IMG/VR virus record: IMGVR_UViG_2907388146_000002
Location: 1 to 64,000 of that record
DNA: 64,000 bases
Reading direction: 5' to 3' (one strand)
Source of the DNA: a virus
Taxonomy: Duplodnaviria; Caudoviricetes
Of this stretch, positions 1 to 7,485 are shown piece after piece. A model generated the notes under the pieces. It saw nothing but the letters and a program-made list of their open reading frames with translations. It searched no databases and was not told the DNA's origin. A program made the translations under genes and the position numbers. Every line of letters begins with the position of its first letter. The stretch's first letter is position 1.

Positions 1-1
1 T

Positions 2-91
2 TTGCGAGATCTATTTAAATCTTGGGAAAGAGAACCGAGGACACTCACTTGGAAGGATTTACCACAATTCTGGGAACCTGTGTTTCATTAG
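2..91 (+). CDS. Possible 3' end of a CDS entering from the left edge (LRDLFKSWEREPRTLTWKDLPQFWEPVFH*)
   Basis: Open frame from base 2 to TAG at 89-91, convergent with the 96..869 ORF; too short to identify. Confidence 0.3.
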   Translation: MRDLFKSWEREPRTLTWKDLPQFWEPVFH

Positions 92-95
92 GCGC

Positions 96-869
96 TTACT
101 CATTTGTACCATTTAGATAAGTATTAAACCAATCAAATTCTTTATCATTAAAATGATGCGAGAAGCTTTTACTATCATTTAGAATTTCTATTAACGGTCC
201 CCAAACATTTAACATTAGGTTGGTAAGTTCGATATTTGAAGTTTCATCTTTTTCGAAATGATTATGAAGTGTTAATGCTTTTTTGCTTAATTTAGTTGCG
301 GCATGGATTTCCGGAGTGCGGTGATTCCTGTCAAACAAGTAGCTTTTCAGTAAATGTACAGCAAAATATGAAAATGGGTTTTCGGAATTATTTAACCAAT
401 TTTTAAAGTGTTTGAAAGTAGATTTTTTGGCTTTTATTCTTTCCCCTTCCCCTAAAAAATATAATAATTGCATAAAACATTCCATCGTTATTCTGCTACT
501 TATTATCAAAAATTGTCTTAATGCGGAATAATTTATTTGAAATAAAGGAGATCTCCAGCTTGTGAAAGGGCTGAAATTATTTCCAAATACCGTAACTCCT
601 TTAAATGTGGAGGTCGAAAGAGTATATTCTAATTGGAGAGTGGTATTAAAAGCGAGCCAACAAACTTCTCTTTGTTTATCTATTGAAAAATTTTGAACAT
701 GTTTAGATTGAAAAATTTTATTTACAATTATGCGGCTTGGGGATTGATACGGATCCATAATGTTTCCGTATTTCTCTATAACAGAATCACAAATAAATTG
801 ATCCATCCTCGACGCTAACTCTTGATTAGATAGTTGATCTAATTCTTCAGATGAAATGGTTTGAAGCAT
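96..869 (-). CDS. Hypothetical helical protein with HEPN-like RxxxxH motif
   Basis: 257 aa; RTPEIH motif preceded by SSRITMECFMQLLY helix; AT-rich island. Confidence 0.5.
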   Translation of the reverse strand: MLQTISSEELDQLSNQELASRMDQFICDSVIEKYGNIMDPYQSPSRIIVNKIFQSKHVQNFSIDKQREVCWLAFNTTLQLEYTLSTSTFKGVTVFGNNFSPFTSWRSPLFQINYSALRQFLIISSRITMECFMQLLYFLGEGERIKAKKSTFKHFKNWLNNSENPFSYFAVHLLKSYLFDRNHRTPEIHAATKLSKKALTLHNHFEKDETSNIELTNLMLNVWGPLIEILNDSKSFSHHFNDKEFDWFNTYLNGTNE

Positions 870-891
870 TTATAACTTTTACACCTCGAAT

Positions 892-1428
892 TCAAAAAAG
901 TGGAAATTCTGAGTATTTTAAATCATCCTCAGAAGAATCTTTGGACAACTCAATATAAAGCCCGCTAACTTGATTGAAAACAGTATTTAGAGACGTGATT
1001 TGGAACTTGAATCTTACGAATTTGTCACCTTCTGAATAATTAAAAATTGCAAATTCGCCATGACGGCGGCCGGGTTTATCCCAATAGTCAAAAAAATCTT
1101 GTCCCTTATTATCGAGTATTGTAAAAGATGCGATACCCGTAGTGTTGCTTTCAATACTTGTTGGATAAAAGATTAGATTTTTACATTTGAAAGAAGTTAT
1201 GTTCGAATATTCTCCTTTTACTTTATTTGTAAGGAATTCGATATTTATAGTTATTGATTCGTTCAATTCATTTGCATAGAGTTCAACCATTCTGGATTTT
1301 GCTCTGGATATATTTTCAATTGCGGCTTTGATGTTTGATTGGACAGACGAAGGTACAGATTCCAGAATCTCGTATAGTTCTAATTCAATGTGTTGTAATG
1401 ATTGCGCTTTATTCATATTTGCACTCAC
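892..1428 (-). CDS. Hypothetical protein
   Basis: 178-aa ORF co-oriented between hicB and the HEPN-like gene with 2- and 22-nt gaps. Confidence 0.6.
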   Translation of the reverse strand: MSANMNKAQSLQHIELELYEILESVPSSVQSNIKAAIENISRAKSRMVELYANELNESITINIEFLTNKVKGEYSNITSFKCKNLIFYPTSIESNTTGIASFTILDNKGQDFFDYWDKPGRRHGEFAIFNYSEGDKFVRFKFQITSLNTVFNQVSGLYIELSKDSSEDDLKYSEFPLF

Positions 1429-1430
1429 TA

Positions 1431-2012
1431 TTATTTTTTTGTTTTTACAAGACGTTTTGATTTCCCTGAATTAGAACTTTTCTTTCCAGGGTCAAATCTG
1501 TGGTTTGCAACTAATGTTAAATTATTTTTTTTCTTTTCAACGACCTCTCCAGAGATCAAATTTAATTTCTCAGCGAAATCACTCTGATACATAGGAATTA
1601 AGATAGATTTTCCAAAAATTTTCTCCAATTTTACAATTGTATTTAGAGAAGGATTTGTTTTCTTCGGATCTTCATATTTTTGGTATGCTTGCTGAGAAAT
1701 TCCTAAAGATTTCGCAAGTTTAATTTGAGTTAATTTCTGTTCTTCACGAGTCAATTTTAACCAAATCGCAAAATCGACATGTTTCTCAGGCTCAATATAA
1801 TATACGTTCTTACCTTTTTTGTGAGAAGGTTTAGGAATGGGAAGTTTACGGGAATCGATTGATTCTAAATAAAGAGACAAGACGTCTCGGGCATTTTCTA
1901 ATGCTTCTTCGATAGTATCTCCTTCAGTTATGCACCCCGGAAGGTCGGGGAATTCTACGGTATAGCCGCCATCTTTTTTGTCTTCGGTAAAAGTTGCTGG
2001 ATATACGATCAT
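1431..2012 (-). CDS. hicB: HicB antitoxin with C-terminal XRE HTH
   Basis: YPATFTED...GYTVEFPDLPGCITEGDTIEEALENARDVL signature, then HTH (LTQIKLAKSLGISQQAYQKYE). Start reassigned to ATG 2012, which overlaps the hicA stop (ATGA). Confidence 0.92.
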   Translation of the reverse strand: MIVYPATFTEDKKDGGYTVEFPDLPGCITEGDTIEEALENARDVLSLYLESIDSRKLPIPKPSHKKGKNVYYIEPEKHVDFAIWLKLTREEQKLTQIKLAKSLGISQQAYQKYEDPKKTNPSLNTIVKLEKIFGKSILIPMYQSDFAEKLNLISGEVVEKKKNNLTLVANHRFDPGKKSSNSGKSKRLVKTKK

Positions 2013-2200
2013 TTGAGTCCTGCCTGTTTTAAAATTGAATTTAAGGTTTTCAATTTTAGATCCTTTTTGCCGTGAATCGGAACTGAAACGGTTAGATTGT
2101 CCTTCGTATAGATGACATGAGATCCTTTCCCTTGTCTTTCTAAAACAAAACCATTTTCTTTTAGGAGTTCGATTATTTGTTTGGCGTTTTTCGCCTTCAT
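2009..2200 (-). CDS. hicA: HicA mRNA interferase toxin
   Basis: 63 aa; LKENGF..RQGKGSH.IY......VSVPIHGKKDL..KTLNSILKQAGL, the HicA pattern. Confidence 0.93.
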   Translation of the reverse strand: MKAKNAKQIIELLKENGFVLERQGKGSHVIYTKDNLTVSVPIHGKKDLKLKTLNSILKQAGLK

Positions 2201-2204
2201 TCAA

Positions 2205-2233
2205 TTACAATACAACTTACAGTTGTATTGTAA
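2205..2233. promoter_or_regulatory. hicAB operator (perfect 13-bp inverted repeat) overlapping promoter
   Basis: ttacaatacaact-tac-agttgtattgtaa, 4 nt from the hicA ATG; on the minus strand TTTACA-N16-TATTGT lies 6 nt before the ATG. Confidence 0.7.
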
Positions 2234-2303
2234 ACTTCTAATTTGAATAATTTCAAGTAAAAAGTGAGGTATTAGGGTTTCGTTTCTATGAAAAATTAGA
2301 AGT

Positions 2304-2455
2304 TTAAACTTATTCAAACTGTCGGTGGAGAACTTCCCGCCGGACCGCCAGAAATTTCGGCTGGGCTCCAAACCCCACTCGCCTTGCAAAGAGTCGAACT
2401 CTGCAACGGTACACATTCTCCTACGGATTCGAACCGCCACTTTGAATAAGTTTAA
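2304..2455 (-). ncRNA. Candidate structured RNA with two tRNA T-arm mimics
   Basis: 15-bp perfect terminal inverted repeat (2304-2318/2441-2455), internal GGAGAA/TTCTCC stem, GGTTCGAATCC and GCAGAG-TTCGACT-CTTTGC arms; G-U pairs favour the minus strand. Confidence 0.6.
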
Positions 2456-2463
2456 TATGGTTA

Positions 2464-3300
2464 CTATATCTGAATAATTCCAACTTGCTTCATTTTTACT
2501 TGCCAACTCTCTATTGAACTCCAAGTACCGCTTTGCCTATTACTTACATTATAACCCAAAACTTCATAAAGTTCCATGAGCTGATTAACTCGAAAATTAC
2601 GTGTATAAGCAAAACGTACTTCAGAACTATCATTGCTTAACGGTTCTACTATTCCGATCCATTCAGGTGTATCGTATGTTGCTATCATTAGAAATGGATT
2701 TCGTGATTTCCATCCAGAGAAATAACCTTGGTTCCCAGTTTCAGGGGAAAAAGATGTTCCACCTGAAATTGGACCGAAAGCAACAGGTCCATGGCCTGGC
2801 CACTTATAAGCTTTTAAATTTGCATAAAAGTTTCGAACGAGTTCCACAAAATCCGAAGCTTCTTCAAGTTCACTCAATTCGTATTTGTGTTCAAGTTCAT
2901 TTCGTTTATCAATACCATTTTGAAGGACAAATGCTGTGACTTCATCATAGTATCCAAGTTTGCGCAAAAATTCACTTTGACCGACTGATTTTAAATTCGA
3001 ATAATCACGACAAGCATGAAATCCATAGGAAGCTAAAATCCATTCAACTAAGCATCCTAAAGCAGTTCTCGCTTTTCCTAAAGCATTAGAACTTTTTTGT
3101 CGAATTTTAATCTCATCAGTTTGATTCATCGCGTCACGAATTTCATCTAGTGCCCAATCGATCAGAACCTGCACTCCACCAGGACAAGGAGGTGGTAATG
3201 CTATTCCATCAGTTTCTTCGTGAGAGACTGTAGATGCTGCACTAATTACATCTAAGACCGGAATTTCGTTAAAAGTTGATTTACCCTGAATATTATCCAT
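2464..3300 (-). CDS. HEPN-domain protein (putative RNase toxin/defence effector)
   Basis: NALGKARTALGCLVEWIL helix plus RNELEH (Rx4H) catalytic-type motif. Confidence 0.65.
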   Translation of the reverse strand: MDNIQGKSTFNEIPVLDVISAASTVSHEETDGIALPPPCPGGVQVLIDWALDEIRDAMNQTDEIKIRQKSSNALGKARTALGCLVEWILASYGFHACRDYSNLKSVGQSEFLRKLGYYDEVTAFVLQNGIDKRNELEHKYELSELEEASDFVELVRNFYANLKAYKWPGHGPVAFGPISGGTSFSPETGNQGYFSGWKSRNPFLMIATYDTPEWIGIVEPLSNDSSEVRFAYTRNFRVNQLMELYEVLGYNVSNRQSGTWSSIESWQVKMKQVGIIQI

Positions 3301-3358
3301 ATTAATACCAAAGAATTAATTTTGCCCTAAGTAGGTTCTTAAAGAATTTAGAATATTT

Positions 3359-3388
3359 ACTATAATTTACAATAAAGAAAATATTCAA
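3359..3388 (-). promoter_or_regulatory. sigma70-like promoter for the HEPN gene
   Basis: TTGAAT-N18-TATAGT on the minus strand, 58 nt before the ATG. Confidence 0.45.
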
Positions 3389-3454
3389 AAATTGTATAGA
3401 AAATCAAAAAAACATTCTGGGTCTTGAGAGGATAAGTAGAGATTGAAATGAAGA

Positions 3455-3892
3455 TTATTTATTTGGATCCGTTTTTGAAGGGATTAAAGATAAGATATTA
3501 GATAGACCTCCGATTGCCTTTGAGCCGATTCCGGAAACATATAAGAAGATTCCAGCAAATAAAGAAACTGCTCCACCAATCAAAAATACTGTAGCCCAAT
3601 TCTTTATAGATCGTCCGAATTCTGCATCTGATTTCCGATCTTCGGCAATTTTCGTCCAGTAGTCGGAAACTTCTTTCTGTTTTAAATAAGCTGAAAGCGC
3701 GCGCGATCGACCAGCTTCGTTTTCGCTACAGATTTGTTCCAATTCACTCGGATCCGAAATCTTTTTCCTTTTGGATTGGTTTATTTTCAGATTTTGAGTT
3801 TCTGCTTTGTAATCGAAAACCGGTTCTTGTGGAGGCGAACTGCAGAAAGTAAAAAATAGAAAGGAAAGGATTAAAATAAAAGCAAGTTTCAT
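3455..3892 (-). CDS. Lipoprotein with C-terminal TM helix (unimolecular spanin-like)
   Basis: MK + hydrophobic H-region ending FTF-C17; C-terminal hydrophobic segment WATVFLIGGAVSLFAGIFLYV; last gene of the lysis cassette with ATGA overlap. Confidence 0.6.
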   Translation of the reverse strand: MKLAFILILSFLFFTFCSSPPQEPVFDYKAETQNLKINQSKRKKISDPSELEQICSENEAGRSRALSAYLKQKEVSDYWTKIAEDRKSDAEFGRSIKNWATVFLIGGAVSLFAGIFLYVSGIGSKAIGGLSNILSLIPSKTDPNK

Positions 3893-4227
3893 GGATTACC
3901 TCCTCTTGCTTTTGAGATAAACTCACCGGCTGCTCTTAAAATTTCTCCAGACTTGAACCAGGACATGAGAACTATTCCGGAGGTAAGAAAGAGTCCATGA
4001 ACACTGATTCCACCAAATCCGTCGGAGATTTTTTGCTCAGGTGTCGTATAAAGTGTATAAAGACCGACAAGTAAGAAAAACAATCCGAGCCAAAATGCTT
4101 GGTTACTTCTTCGAAAGACACTTTTATTGACTATGATCGAATGTTTAAGTTTGGATTCTAATTCACGGGCTTCTTGGGAATCCGGTTGAATATCCAATAC
4201 TTCTTTTGCTTTTAATGGCGGGCTCAT
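3889..4227 (-). CDS. Putative holin (2 TM helices)
   Basis: 112 aa; FWLGLFFLLVGLYTLY and GISVHGLFLTSGIVLMSWF; adjacent to the endolysin candidate. Confidence 0.6.
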   Translation of the reverse strand: MSPPLKAKEVLDIQPDSQEARELESKLKHSIIVNKSVFRRSNQAFWLGLFFLLVGLYTLYTTPEQKISDGFGGISVHGLFLTSGIVLMSWFKSGEILRAAGEFISKARGGNP

Positions 4228-4234
4228 GCCATGA

Positions 4235-4260
4235 TTATTATCATCCCCCCGAATATCGGA
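4235..4260 (-). promoter_or_regulatory. Putative late promoter (holin)
   Basis: TCCGAT-N14-TAATAA, 7 nt to ATG. Confidence 0.55.
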
Positions 4261-4269
4261 ATTGTCCGC

Positions 4270-4950
4270 TTATCCCTTTGCTTCTAAAATTTTCTTCGCA
4301 GATACTTGATCGTATAAAGCGTAACAAAAACCTGGAAACCGTGGATCTTTTTGGCGCGCCTCGAGTTCTGCTCCTTGAAAAACGGAGATAAGAGACAACC
4401 ACTCTGGATGACTCCAATGAGCGCGGGTAACTGTGCATCCAAGAGAACTCACACCTACATATTCTTTTTCCATACCTTGTGCGTGAATATTCATCCCTAT
4501 GTATCCTTTGTACAACGGATCTAAGTGATTCCAAACGTGATCGCCATTTGCATCCCGACGAAAAGAAAAGGCAGAGGCTTGATTGAATGCAATGTGTTCG
4601 TGATGAAGGCCGATCTTTACAAGATACATCCCCTCCTCTGCTCTTGCTTCCCCTTCAGTGATTCCATATTTTAGAAGAGTTTCCTTAGAAACTTTACCGG
4701 GATCCATCGTGACGACTCGACTCCCCCACGATTTCCCGCCGGGATAAATGTTGAAAAGTATGTCGTTGAACCGATCGAATTGATTGTCATTTGTAAAGAC
4801 TTGGTTGTTCTCGATCGAAATTCCCCTGACTCCAATTAAGACGTGATTCTTTTCAAAATCTAACTTAGGCCAGTTCTTTCGCTCTTGGGAAGTTTCGTAG
4901 CGAGATTTGGTTTCTTCTATTAAAGCGGGAACGAAACGATTGTATTCCAT
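4270..4950 (-). CDS. Putative endolysin, L,D-transpeptidase (YkuD)-like catalytic motif
   Basis: MNIH-x12-SLGC resembles the YkuD H...S/T-x-G-C dyad; no signal peptide; position next to holin/spanin-like genes. Confidence 0.55.
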   Translation of the reverse strand: MEYNRFVPALIEETKSRYETSQERKNWPKLDFEKNHVLIGVRGISIENNQVFTNDNQFDRFNDILFNIYPGGKSWGSRVVTMDPGKVSKETLLKYGITEGEARAEEGMYLVKIGLHHEHIAFNQASAFSFRRDANGDHVWNHLDPLYKGYIGMNIHAQGMEKEYVGVSSLGCTVTRAHWSHPEWLSLISVFQGAELEARQKDPRFPGFCYALYDQVSAKKILEAKG

Positions 4951-4956
4951 ACCTCG

Positions 4957-4982
4957 ATGATGAGTGAAAAAGAAATATCGGA
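4957..4982 (-). promoter_or_regulatory. Putative late promoter (endolysin)
   Basis: TCCGAT-N14-CATCAT, 6 nt to ATG. Confidence 0.6.
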
Positions 4983-4988
4983 AGAAAG

Positions 4989-5546
4989 TTAAGGAGTGTG
5001 ATTTTTCACGTATTCCGTATAATCATTCAAATACAATTCGATTCGTCCGGAGTCAGAACCAGCTCGATGACGTTGCAAATCTAAATAAAGTTTTACCGCG
5101 TCCGGAGAATCAGTCGGGAATTTTATCACCAACCGAATTCCGTTAAACTCGGACACGTAATCCGTGAATTTTAGAAAAGCCATACCACCGGCTGAACTAA
5201 TAAATCCGTAATGTGCGAATTCTATTTTGATAGATTCCATTCCGTTTTCTTTAGCTTTCGTATAAAGAGAAATGAGATCCTGGTATAACGATTCTGAAGA
5301 TTTTGCCGCAACGTTTCGGTCTAAAAAAATATCGAGTCTTGTCACTTCTTTGATCGATCTGAAATACGGACTTGTAACTGGATAGGGTTCATATGTTTCT
5401 AAAACTTTTGCTTTTCGTCTTTCCTTGTATTTTTTAAATCCCCATCTTAGAATTTGAGATAAAATCATCGCAATCGTTCCGAAAAGCCCTAAGTAATTTT
5501 GCATATCTTTGTCTTGTACTTCCGACAATTTTTCGAGTTCTCCCAT
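4989..5546 (-). CDS. Single-TM protein with STAS-like cytoplasmic domain
   Basis: TM YLGLFGTIAMILSQIL followed by basic KKYKERRKAK; IKIEFAHYGFISSAGGMAF resembles the STAS loop (LDLSxVxFIDSSGLG). Confidence 0.45.
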   Translation of the reverse strand: MGELEKLSEVQDKDMQNYLGLFGTIAMILSQILRWGFKKYKERRKAKVLETYEPYPVTSPYFRSIKEVTRLDIFLDRNVAAKSSESLYQDLISLYTKAKENGMESIKIEFAHYGFISSAGGMAFLKFTDYVSEFNGIRLVIKFPTDSPDAVKLYLDLQRHRAGSDSGRIELYLNDYTEYVKNHTP

Positions 5547-5547
5547 G

Positions 5548-6489
5548 CTATCCTAATGCACCAAAACTAATACCCGTATATCTAAGTTTCCCGGTTTTCC
5601 ACCATTCCTTTAGTTCATTACTGAATTGTTTAATTCTCGCTCCGTAGAATGCGTTCTCTGCTGACATCGTCGTCCCTATACTCTCGTTGATAACGCCAAC
5701 TGAGGTTGAGTAATTGGCAACACCGCCGATGATTCCTTCTCCGTAGGATGAAAGAAGGCAGATAGAAAAATATTTCAAGATTTGATCCTTTAGTTCTCTG
5801 GGAACTCGGGACGCATGATCGTATCCGGTTGTATAATCCGCTTGATACGCTCCTGGTAGTGTTCCCGAAGATCCAGTGATTCCGCGCCATGCTTGAATTC
5901 CCATAGTAGGCATAGGCATATTTCTCCAAGGAGCTCGCGTATAGACTGCACGAAGAACTCCGGTTTTGTATTGAATCGTTGCTTTGTGAGTTAGATCGAT
6001 CAATGTGGATCCGTTCCAAGGATAGGTAAGAACCCAACGGTGCAAACGACACAAATTCTTTCTTCTTAATTTTAAAAAGAAGTTTGTTCCTTTCGTGGAA
6101 TCATAATCGTAAACATCATCCCATTCTGCATAATCTTCGATACTGCCGCTATTCGGCTCTAAATCGAATCTTCCATTTTGTCCGGGAACAGGCCTGCTTC
6201 TAAAAAGTCTTGGATAAATATCCCAATCGATTTCGTTTGCAAAAGCTCGAACTGTTTGATCGACCCAGTTTTTTAACTGAAAATCTTCCAATTGAGTTCC
6301 CCTCGTTGTCATGAGTGGTTCGTTTCCGAAAAACATGATTCTGCGAAGTTCATCCGGGTGTATTAACGTTCCCCAATTTGGAAGAGGTTTACCACTTGTT
6401 TGGATTTCGGGATAAATTCGAGCGGACAGGTCGTGATATTCGTAATCTTCGGACTGTTGATTTAAGTCGCCGTCGTATCCGAAACTCAT
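5548..6489 (-). CDS. Putative head-tail connector / neck protein
   Basis: 313 aa; YQADYTTGY...VPRELKDQILK and YSTSVG.I.ES patterns typical of head-completion proteins; morphogenesis context. Confidence 0.55.
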   Translation of the reverse strand: MSFGYDGDLNQQSEDYEYHDLSARIYPEIQTSGKPLPNWGTLIHPDELRRIMFFGNEPLMTTRGTQLEDFQLKNWVDQTVRAFANEIDWDIYPRLFRSRPVPGQNGRFDLEPNSGSIEDYAEWDDVYDYDSTKGTNFFLKLRRKNLCRLHRWVLTYPWNGSTLIDLTHKATIQYKTGVLRAVYTRAPWRNMPMPTMGIQAWRGITGSSGTLPGAYQADYTTGYDHASRVPRELKDQILKYFSICLLSSYGEGIIGGVANYSTSVGVINESIGTTMSAENAFYGARIKQFSNELKEWWKTGKLRYTGISFGALG

Positions 6490-6572
6490 CGGAACTCTCG
6501 ATAGTATTTTTCTTGAATGTTAGAATGACGTACTGTTTTGGAATTCACTCCTCCAATATAGGACCAGTTGAA

Positions 6573-7034
6573 TTAATCGGAGAAGATTTGAGACTTTGCA
6601 AATTCAAGATGATCAATCGGGAGAGAGTATGTTTTTCCGGAGGTTAGTTCGCAAATAACTGTCTTTCCGTCTTCTGCGACTTGTTTTACTTTTGCAAGCA
6701 TCCCTCCGACGTTAGCTCGTCCTTTTGCGTAGACTCTCATTATCATGCCTGGCCTCGGAAGTTTAGGACCGGATCCATACGTTTTTCTTTGTTCTCTTGC
6801 TTCGTTCTCAAATGCTTTGTGACGTTCCGTCATTTCCTTTATGAGAGCTTGTTCTTTTTCGTTGTGAACGGTTGTATGTTGAACCCGGTTTCTTTGATTC
6901 TTTGCAACTTTAACTTTCTTTTCTCTTGGGGTTAGAACATCACTTCCAGTTTTCGTGTTTCGAAAGGCCATGTAGTCGCCGCCTTTTCCATGTACGAGAA
7001 CCTTTTTCTTTACTAAGTTTGTACTATTGAACAT
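6573..7034 (-). CDS. Hypothetical virion (internal head?) protein
   Basis: Start moved to ATG 7034, right after the upstream stop; N-terminal LVKKKVLVHGKGGDY motif shared with the 905-aa polyvalent protein. Confidence 0.55.
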   Translation of the reverse strand: MFNSTNLVKKKVLVHGKGGDYMAFRNTKTGSDVLTPREKKVKVAKNQRNRVQHTTVHNEKEQALIKEMTERHKAFENEAREQRKTYGSGPKLPRPGMIMRVYAKGRANVGGMLAKVKQVAEDGKTVICELTSGKTYSLPIDHLEFAKSQIFSD

Positions 7035-7035
7035 A

Positions 7036-7341
7036 TTAGTGTGACATTGGAGAGGCATTCACCCAAAATCCGGATACTTCGGAGACTCCGGAGAAAGAGG
7101 CTTCGGATACGCAAAGTGGAAGGAAAAACTGAAAATCCCCCGTGCCAGACCGGGAGTAATTCGTAAGTTTTTGGTCGGCATTGTTTCCTTTAACGGAAAT
7201 TATCCAACCGCCTAACGCGTGTATGTTGGTTATGTAGTAAAGTCTCCCGGAATCGTTTAGGCTTTCCGATCCCGAAACTGTGAATTGATTTTGATACTGA
7301 ATACGCCCTATGTCTTGGAGGGTGATTGATTTCCTACTCAT
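7036..7341 (-). CDS. Hypothetical virion protein
   Basis: 101-aa beta-rich ORF, first gene after a late-promoter motif. Confidence 0.55.
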   Translation of the reverse strand: MSRKSITLQDIGRIQYQNQFTVSGSESLNDSGRLYYITNIHALGGWIISVKGNNADQKLTNYSRSGTGDFQFFLPLCVSEASFSGVSEVSGFWVNASPMSH

Positions 7342-7347
7342 GCCCCT

Positions 7348-7373
7348 ATCTTACACAAAAAAAGGATATCGGA
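7348..7373 (-). promoter_or_regulatory. Putative late promoter
   Basis: TCCGAT-N14-TAAGAT, 6 nt to ATG. Confidence 0.65.
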
Positions 7374-7452
7374 AAAAGATATGTGTACCCTGAGCCGATA
7401 GGGATTTGCGACGAAACCTATTTTTTCCGGCGGAAAAAAACGAAAAAAATAA

Positions 7453-7478
7453 TCCGATAAATACTTTTTTCATATACT
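7453..7478 (+). promoter_or_regulatory. Putative late promoter (portal)
   Basis: TCCGAT-N14-TATACT, 7 nt to ATG. Confidence 0.65.
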
Positions 7479-7485
7479 CGCGTTC

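Noticed and set aside
1431-2204. 257-aa extended HicB ORF from the track
   Set aside because: The first 64 codons are a shadow of hicA. The HicB signature starts at ATG 2012 with an ATGA overlap.
2304-2455. Interpreting the element as a tRNA gene, integron attC or MITE
   Set aside because: There is no D-arm/anticodon cloverleaf or CCA end, the ends do not match RYYYAAC/GTTRRRY, there is no target-site duplication, and I saw no second copy in the window.
3325-3338. 14-bp exact match ccctaagtaggttc repeated at 57977-57990 (possible att or regulatory site)
   Set aside because: A few 14-mer matches are expected by chance in 64 kb of AT-rich DNA. There is no integrase and no consistent position relative to starts.
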